From the NCBI RefSeq assembly GCF_009914755.1, contig NC_060939.1: 64,000 nucleotides of DNA. One strand, written 5' to 3'. Shown piece by piece: positions 57,901-64,000 of the stretch. Position 1 is the stretch's first letter. Every line of letters begins with the position of its first letter. Below the pieces are notes generated by a model that did not search any database, had not been told where the DNA came from, and saw only the letters and a list, made by a program, of their open reading frames with translations. The stretch comes from the human T2T-CHM13v2.0 reference genome, Homo sapiens. The translations under genes were made by a program, and so were the position numbers.

Positions 57901-60900
57901 ATTCCATTCCGTTCCATTTCTTTCCGTTCTGTACGATTCCTACCGTTCGATTTCATTTTGTTCCAGTCCATTCCTTTCGCGTCCATTCCATTCCATTTCA
58001 CTCCATTCGATTCCATTCCACTCGATTCCACTTCGTTCCATTTCATTGCATTCCATTCTATTCAACTCTATTGCCTTCCATTCCATTCCATTCGATTACA
58101 TTCCATGCGATTCCATTCGAAATCGAATCAATTACATTGCAATCCATTACTATTGAGTCCGTTTTATTCCAGTCCACTGCATTCTGGTCCATTCCATTTG
58201 ATTCCATTCCATTCTATTCCATTCCATACAGTTGCATTCCATTGGATTCCATGCTATATCTATAAATTCAATTCGAGACCATTGCTTTTGAGTCCATTCT
58301 ATATGATTCCATTCCATTCAAGTCCATTACATTTGGTTCAATTCCATTCCATTCCATTCCGTTCCATTCCATTCCATTTGATATCAATCCATTCGATTCC
58401 ATTCCATTCGAGCACATTCCATTCGAGTCCATTCCATTCGATGCCATTCCATTTGATTCTATTCGATTAGTCTCCATTCAATTCCATTAATCTCCATTCC
58501 ATTCCATTCTACTCCAACTGATTCCATTCCATTCTATTCCTTTCCATTCCATTTCATTCCATTCCATTCCATTTCATTCCATTCCATTCCATTCGTGTCC
58601 ATTCCACTCCAGTCCATTCCATTCGTGTCCATTCCATTCCAGTCCATTCCATTTGTGTCCACTGCATTCCATTCCACTCCATTCCATATTATTCCATTAC
58701 ACTCCATTCCATTCTATTACTTTCATTTCCATTCAATTCCATTCCATTTGATTCCATTCTACTCGGTTTCATTCCATTTGAGTCCACTCCATTCCATTCC
58801 ATTCCATTCCATTCAGTTCCATTCCATTCTGTTCCATTCCATTCCGTTCCATTACATTCCATTCCATTCGGTACCATTCCATATTGTTCCATTCGATTCC
58901 ATTCGAATCCATTCCATTCCAGTCCATTCCATTCGATTCCATTCCATTCATTTCAATTCCATTCCATTCCATTCCATTACATTCCACTTGATTCCTCTCC
59001 ATTCCCTTCCACTGCATTCCGTTCGATTCCATTCCATTGCATTGCATTCCATTCCAATGGATTGCATTCCATTCGATTCCATTCCATTCGAATCAATTAC
59101 ATAGCAATCCATTACATTCGAGTCTATTCTATTCCGTTCCATTCGATTTCGTTCCAATCCATTCGATTCCATTCCATTCGATTCCATTCCATACTATTGC
59201 ATTCCATTCGATTACATTATATTCGAATAAGTTCCATTCAAGACCATTTCTTTTGAGTCCATTCTATTTGAGTCCATTCCCTTTGATTCCATAACATTTG
59301 AGTCCATTCAATTCCATTCCTTTCGTTTCCATTCCATTTGATGCCATTCCATTCAATTCTCTTCTACTCGACTCCAATACATTCAATTCCATTCCATCCG
59401 ATTCCATTACATTCTTTTCATTTCTTATCCATTTCAAGCCATTCCACTCCATTCCATTCCACTCGTTTCCTTTCCATTCGAGTCCATTCCTCTCCAGTCC
59501 ATTCCGTTCAATCCATTCCATTGCAGTCCATTCCATTCGAGTCCGTTCCATTCCAGTCCATTCTATTCGAGTCAATTCCATTCCATTCGATGTCTTTCCA
59601 TAACGATCCATTCCATTCTATTCCTTTCGATTCCATTCCATTCTATTTCATTCCATTCGATTCCCTTCCATTGGACTCCTTTCCATTCGAGTGCATTCCA
59701 TTCCTTTCCATTTCTTTCCGTTCTGTACGATTCCTACCGTTCGATTTCATTTTGTTCCAGTCCATTCCTTTCGCGTCCATTCCATTCCATTTCACTCCAT
59801 TCGATTCCATTCCACTCGATTCCACTTCGTTCCATTTCATTGCATTCCATTCTATTCAACTCTATTGCCTTCCATTCCATTCCATTCGATTACATTCCAT
59901 GCGATTCCATTCGAAATTGAATCAATTACATTGCAATCCATTACTATTGAGTCCGTTTTATTCCAGTCCACTGCATTCTGGTCCATTCCATTTGATTCCA
60001 TTCCATTCTATTCCATTCCATACAGTTGCATTCCATTGGATTCCATGCTATATCTATAAATTCAATTCGAGACCATTGCTTTTGAGTCCATTCTATATGA
60101 TTCCATTCCATTCAAGTCCATTACATTTGGTTCAATTCCATTCCATTCCATTCCCTTCCATTCCATTCCATTTGATATCAATCCATTCGATTCCATTCCA
60201 TTCGAGCACATTCCATTCGAGTCCATTCCATTCGATGCCATTCCATTTGATTCTATTCCATTAGTCTCCATTCAATTCCATTAATCTCCATTCCATTCCA
60301 TTCTACTCCAACTGATTCCATTCCATTCTATTCCTTTCCATTCCATTTCATTCCATTCCATTCCATTGCATTCCATTCCATTCCATTCGTGTCCATTCCA
60401 CTCCAGTCCATTCCATTCGTGTCCATTCCATTCCAGTCCATTCCACTTGTGTCCACTGCATTCCATTCCACTCCATTCCATATTATTCCATTACACTCCA
60501 TTCCATTCTATTACTTTCATTTCCATTCAATTCCATTCCATTTGATTCCATTCCACTCGGTTTCATTCCATTTGAGTCCACTCCATTCCATTCCATTCCA
60601 TTCCATTCAGTTCCATTCCATTCTGTTCCACTCCATTCCGTTCCATTACATTCCATTCCATTCGGTACCATTCCATATTGTTCCATTCGATTCCATTCGA
60701 ATCCATTCCATTCCAGTCCATTCCATTCGATTCCATTCCATTCATTTCAATTCCATTCCATTCCATTCCATTACATTCCACTTGATTCCTCTCCATTCCC
60801 TTCCACTGCATTCCGTTCGATTCCATTCCATTGCATTGCATTCCATTCCATTGGATTGCATTCCTTTCGATTCCATTCCATTCGAATCAATTACATAGCA

Positions 60901-61091
60901 ATCCATTACATTCGAGTCTATTCTATTCCGTTCCATTCGATTTCGTTCCAATCCATTCGATTCCATTCCATTCGATTCCATTCCATACTATTGCATTCCA
61001 TTCGATTACATTATATTCGAATAAGTTCCATTCAAGACCATTTCTTTTGAGTCCATTCTATTTGAGTCCATTCCCTTTGATTCCATAACAT
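53916..61091 (+). repeat. Very recent two-unit tandem duplication, period 3588 bp
   Basis: Many private SNVs are shared 3588 bp apart: CTATTCGATTAG (~54871/58459), CCAATGG (~55466/59054), CTCTTCTACT (~55771/59359), CATTGCAGTC (~55931/59519) and CACTCCATTCCG (~57041/60629). Confidence 0.9.
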
Positions 61092-64000
61092 TTGAGTCCA
61101 TTCAATTCCATTCCTTTCGTTTCCATTCCATTTGATGCCATTCCATTCAATTCTGTTCTACTCGACTCCAATACATTCAATTCCATTCCATCCGATTCCA
61201 TTACATTCTTTTCATTTCTTATCCATTTCAAGCCATTCCACTCCATTCCATTCCACTCGTTTCCTTTCCATTCGAGTCCATTCCTCTCCAGTCCATTCCG
61301 TTCAATCCATTCCATTCCAGTCCATTCCATTCGAGTCCGTTCCATTCCAGTCCATTCCATTCGAGTCAATTCCATCCCATTCGATGTCTTTCCATAACGA
61401 TCCATTCCATTCTATTCCTTTCGATTCCATTCCATTCTATTTCATTCCATTCGATTCCCTTCCATTGGACTCCTTTCCATTCGAGTGCATTCCATTCCGT
61501 TCCATTTCTTTCCGTTCTGTACGATTCCTACCGTTCGATTTCATTTTGTTCCAGTCCATTCCTTTCGCGTCCATTCCATTCCATTTCACTCCATTCGATT
61601 CCATTCCACTCGATTCCACTTCGTTCCATTTCATTGCATTCCATTCTATTCAACTCTATTGCCTTCCATTCCATTCCATTCGATTACATTCCATGCGATT
61701 CCATTCGAAATCGAATCAATTACATTGCAATCCATTACTATTGAGTCCGTTTTATTCCAGTCCACTGCATTCTGGTCCATTCCATTTGATTCCATTCCAT
61801 TCTATTCCATTCCATACAGTTGCATTCCATTGGATTCCATGCTATATCTATAAATTCAATTCGAGACCATTGCTTTTGAGTCCATTCTATATGATTCCAT
61901 TCCATTCAAGTCCATTACATTTGGTTCAATTCCATTCCATTCCATTCCCTTCCATTACATTCCATTTGATATCAATCCATTCGATTCCATTCCATTCGAG
62001 CACATTCCATTCGAGTCCATTCCATTCGATGCCATTCCATTTGATTCTATTCCATTAGTCTCCATTCAATTCCATTAATCTCCATTCCATTCCATTCTAC
62101 TCCAACTGATTCCATTCCATTCTATTCCTTTCCATTCCATTTCATTCCATTCCATTCCATTTCATTCCATTCCATTCCATTCGTGTCCATTCCACTCCAG
62201 TCCATTCCATTCGTGTCCATTCCATTCCAGTCCATTCCATTTGTGTCCACTGCATTCCATTCCACTCCATTCCATATTATTCCATTACACTCCATTCCAT
62301 TCTATTACTTTCATTTCCATTCAATTCCATTCCATTTGATTCCATTCCACTCGGTTTCATTCCATTTGAGTCCACTCCATTCCATTCCATTCCATTCCAT
62401 TCAGTTCCATTCCATTCTGTTCCATTCCATTCCGTTCCATTACATTCCATTCCATTCGGTACCATTCCATATTGTTCCATTCGATTCCATTCGAATCCAT
62501 TCCATTCCAGTCCATTCCAATCGATTCCATTCCATTCATTTCAATTCCATTCCATTCCATTCCATTACATTCCACTTGATTCCTCTCCATTCCCTTCCAC
62601 TGCATTCCGTTCGATTCCATTCCATTGCATTGCATTCCATTCCATTGGATTGCATTCCATTCGATTCCATTCCATTCGAATCAATTACATAGCAATCCAT
62701 TACTTTCGAGTCTATTCTATTCCGTTCCATTCGATTTCGTTCCAATCCATTCGACTCCATTCCATTCGATTCCATTCCATACTATTGCATTCCATTCGAT
62801 TACATTATATTCGAATAAGTTCCATTCAAGACCATTTCTTTTGAGTCCATTCTATTTGAGTCCATTCCCTTTGATTCCATAACATTTGAGTCCATTCAAT
62901 TCCATTCCTTTCGTTTCCATTCCATTTGATGCCATTCCATTCAATTCTGTTCTACTCGACTCCAATACATTCAATTCCATTCCATCCGATTCCATTACAT
63001 TCTTTTCATTTCTTATCCATTTCAAGCCATTCCACTCCATTCCATTCCACTCGTTTCCTTTCCATTCGCGTCCATTCCTCTCCAGTCCATTCCGTTCAAT
63101 CCATTCCATTCCAGTCCATTCCATTCGAGTCCGTTCCATTCCAGTCCATTCCATTCGAGTCAATTCCATCCCATTCGATGTCTTTCCATAACGATCCATT
63201 CCATTCTATTCCTTTCGATTCCATTCCATTCTATTTCATTCCATTCGATTCCCTTCCATTGGACTCCTTTCCATTCGAGTGCATTCCATTCCGTTCCATT
63301 TCTTTCCGTTCTGTACGATTCCTACCGTTCGATTTCATTTTGTTCCAGTCCATTCCTTTCGCGTCCATTCCATTCCATTTCACTCCATTCGATTCCATTC
63401 CACTCGATTCCACTTCGTTCCATTTCATTGCATTCCATTCTATTCAACTCTATTGCCTTCCATTCCATTCCATTCGATTACATTCCATGCGATTCCATTC
63501 GAAATCGAATCAATTACATTGCAATCCATTACTATTGAGTCCGTTTTATTCCAGTCCACTGCATTCTGGTCCATTCCATTTGATTCCATTCCATTCTATT
63601 CCATTCCATACAGTTGCATTCCATTGGATTCCATGCTATATCTATAAATTCAATTCGAGACCATTGCTTTTGAGTCCATTCTATATGATTCCATTCCATT
63701 CAAGTCCATTACATTTGGTTCAATTCCATTCCATTCCATTCCCTTCCATTCCATTCCATTTGATATCAATCCATTCGATTCCATTCCATTCGAGCACATT
63801 CCATTCGAGTCCATTCCATTCGATGCCATTCCATTTGATTCTATTCCATTAGTCTCCATTCAATTCCATTAATCTCCATTCCATTCCATTCTACTCCAAC
63901 TGATTCCATTCCATTCTATTCCTTTCCATTCCATTTCATTCCATTCCATTCCATTTAATTCCATTCCATTCCATTCGTGTCCATTCCACTCCAGTCCATT

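Larger units (their letters stand above)
1488..62463. repeat. D15Z1: Probable D15Z1-type (HSat3A5) 1.8-kb KpnI repeat of chromosome 15 short-arm heterochromatin
   Basis: One GGTACC per unit (1488, 3277, 5071, 6875 ... 60664, 62458) would give a ~1.8 kb KpnI ladder. D15Z1 was defined as a 1.8-kb KpnI satellite III repeat. Related arrays occur on other acrocentric chromosomes, so the locus is inferred. Confidence 0.72.
128..62885 (+). repeat. 35 complete tandem copies of a ~1.79 kb unit, plus partial copies at both window ends
   Basis: The same anchor (TTGAGTCCATTCAATTCC) recurs at 128, 1911, 3705, 5494, 7298, 9101, 10905, 12688, 14487, 16280, 18079, 19872, 21661, 23435, 25244, 27038, 28832, 30641, 32435, 34228, 36037, 37846, 39640, 41433, 43242, 45016, 46790, 48564, 50333, 52142, 53916, 55710, 57504, 59298, 61092 and 62886. 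Spacings are 1769-1809 bp, mean about 1793 bp. Confidence 0.97.
1..64000 (+). repeat. Human satellite III (HSat3) array, diverged (CATTC)n / (GGAAT)n pentamer satellite
   Basis: Every line is CATTC and single-base variants (CGATT, CAGTC, CTATT, TGATT). The CATTCGATTC/GATGAT blocks typical of HSat2 are not the organising motif. No unique sequence and no strand switch were seen. Confidence 0.98.

Noticed and set aside
94-63859. Hundreds of ORFs up to 321 aa (FHSIP-rich on +, MEWNG-rich on -)
   Set aside because: (CATTC)n and (GAATG)n lack stop codons in all frames and translate to these pentapeptides. The ORFs overlap in several frames, recur with the unit, and are freely frameshifted by 1-bp and 5-bp indels, so there is no sign of coding constraint.
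1-64000. CRISPR-like or other repeat-spacer array
   Set aside because: There are no unique spacers and no associated genes; everything between landmarks is itself repeated every ~1.8 kb.
1-64000. HSat2 (1.77 kb EcoRI unit of chr1) or DYZ1 (3.6 kb unit of Yq)
   Set aside because: The GATGAT-containing HSat2 motif and a per-unit EcoRI site are absent. The fundamental period is 1.79 kb, and the ~3.6 kb periods seen are local duplications of two near-identical units.
1-64000. Embedded Alu/L1 insertion, alpha satellite, CENP-B box, telomeric repeat or inversion junction
   Set aside because: None was seen on reading. Unit spacings never exceed 1809 bp, leaving no room for an insertion, and strand polarity is constant.
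1-64000. A previously undescribed biological system
   Set aside because: Everything visible is explained by a known satellite family and by ordinary tandem-array turnover. The functional ideas listed are hypotheses only.

Overview
The whole window is one uninterrupted, single-orientation array of human classical satellite III (HSat3), built on a diverged (CATTC)n pentamer with the C/T-rich strand on +. It is organised as about 35.7 near-identical tandem copies of a ~1.79 kb unit (modal 1794 bp, range 1769-1809 bp), with one KpnI (GGTACC) and one EcoRV (GATATC) site per unit. This matches the classical 1.8-kb KpnI satellite III repeat D15Z1 of chromosome 15p11 (HSat3 subfamily A5); that assignment comes from recall, not a database search. 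I see no genes, RNA genes, transposon insertions, inversions or CRISPR arrays. All ORFs in the track are artefacts of translating the pentamer. I found no evidence of a new biological system. What is worth a second look is the evolutionary structure: a hidden internal duplication inside the 1.8 kb unit, nested multi-unit duplications (periods 3607, 3592, 3588, 7205, 8900 and 12602 bp), mosaic unit haplotypes, a length-variable hotspot, CpG decay and dense transcription-factor motifs. Variant coordinates were read by eye and may be off by a few bases.
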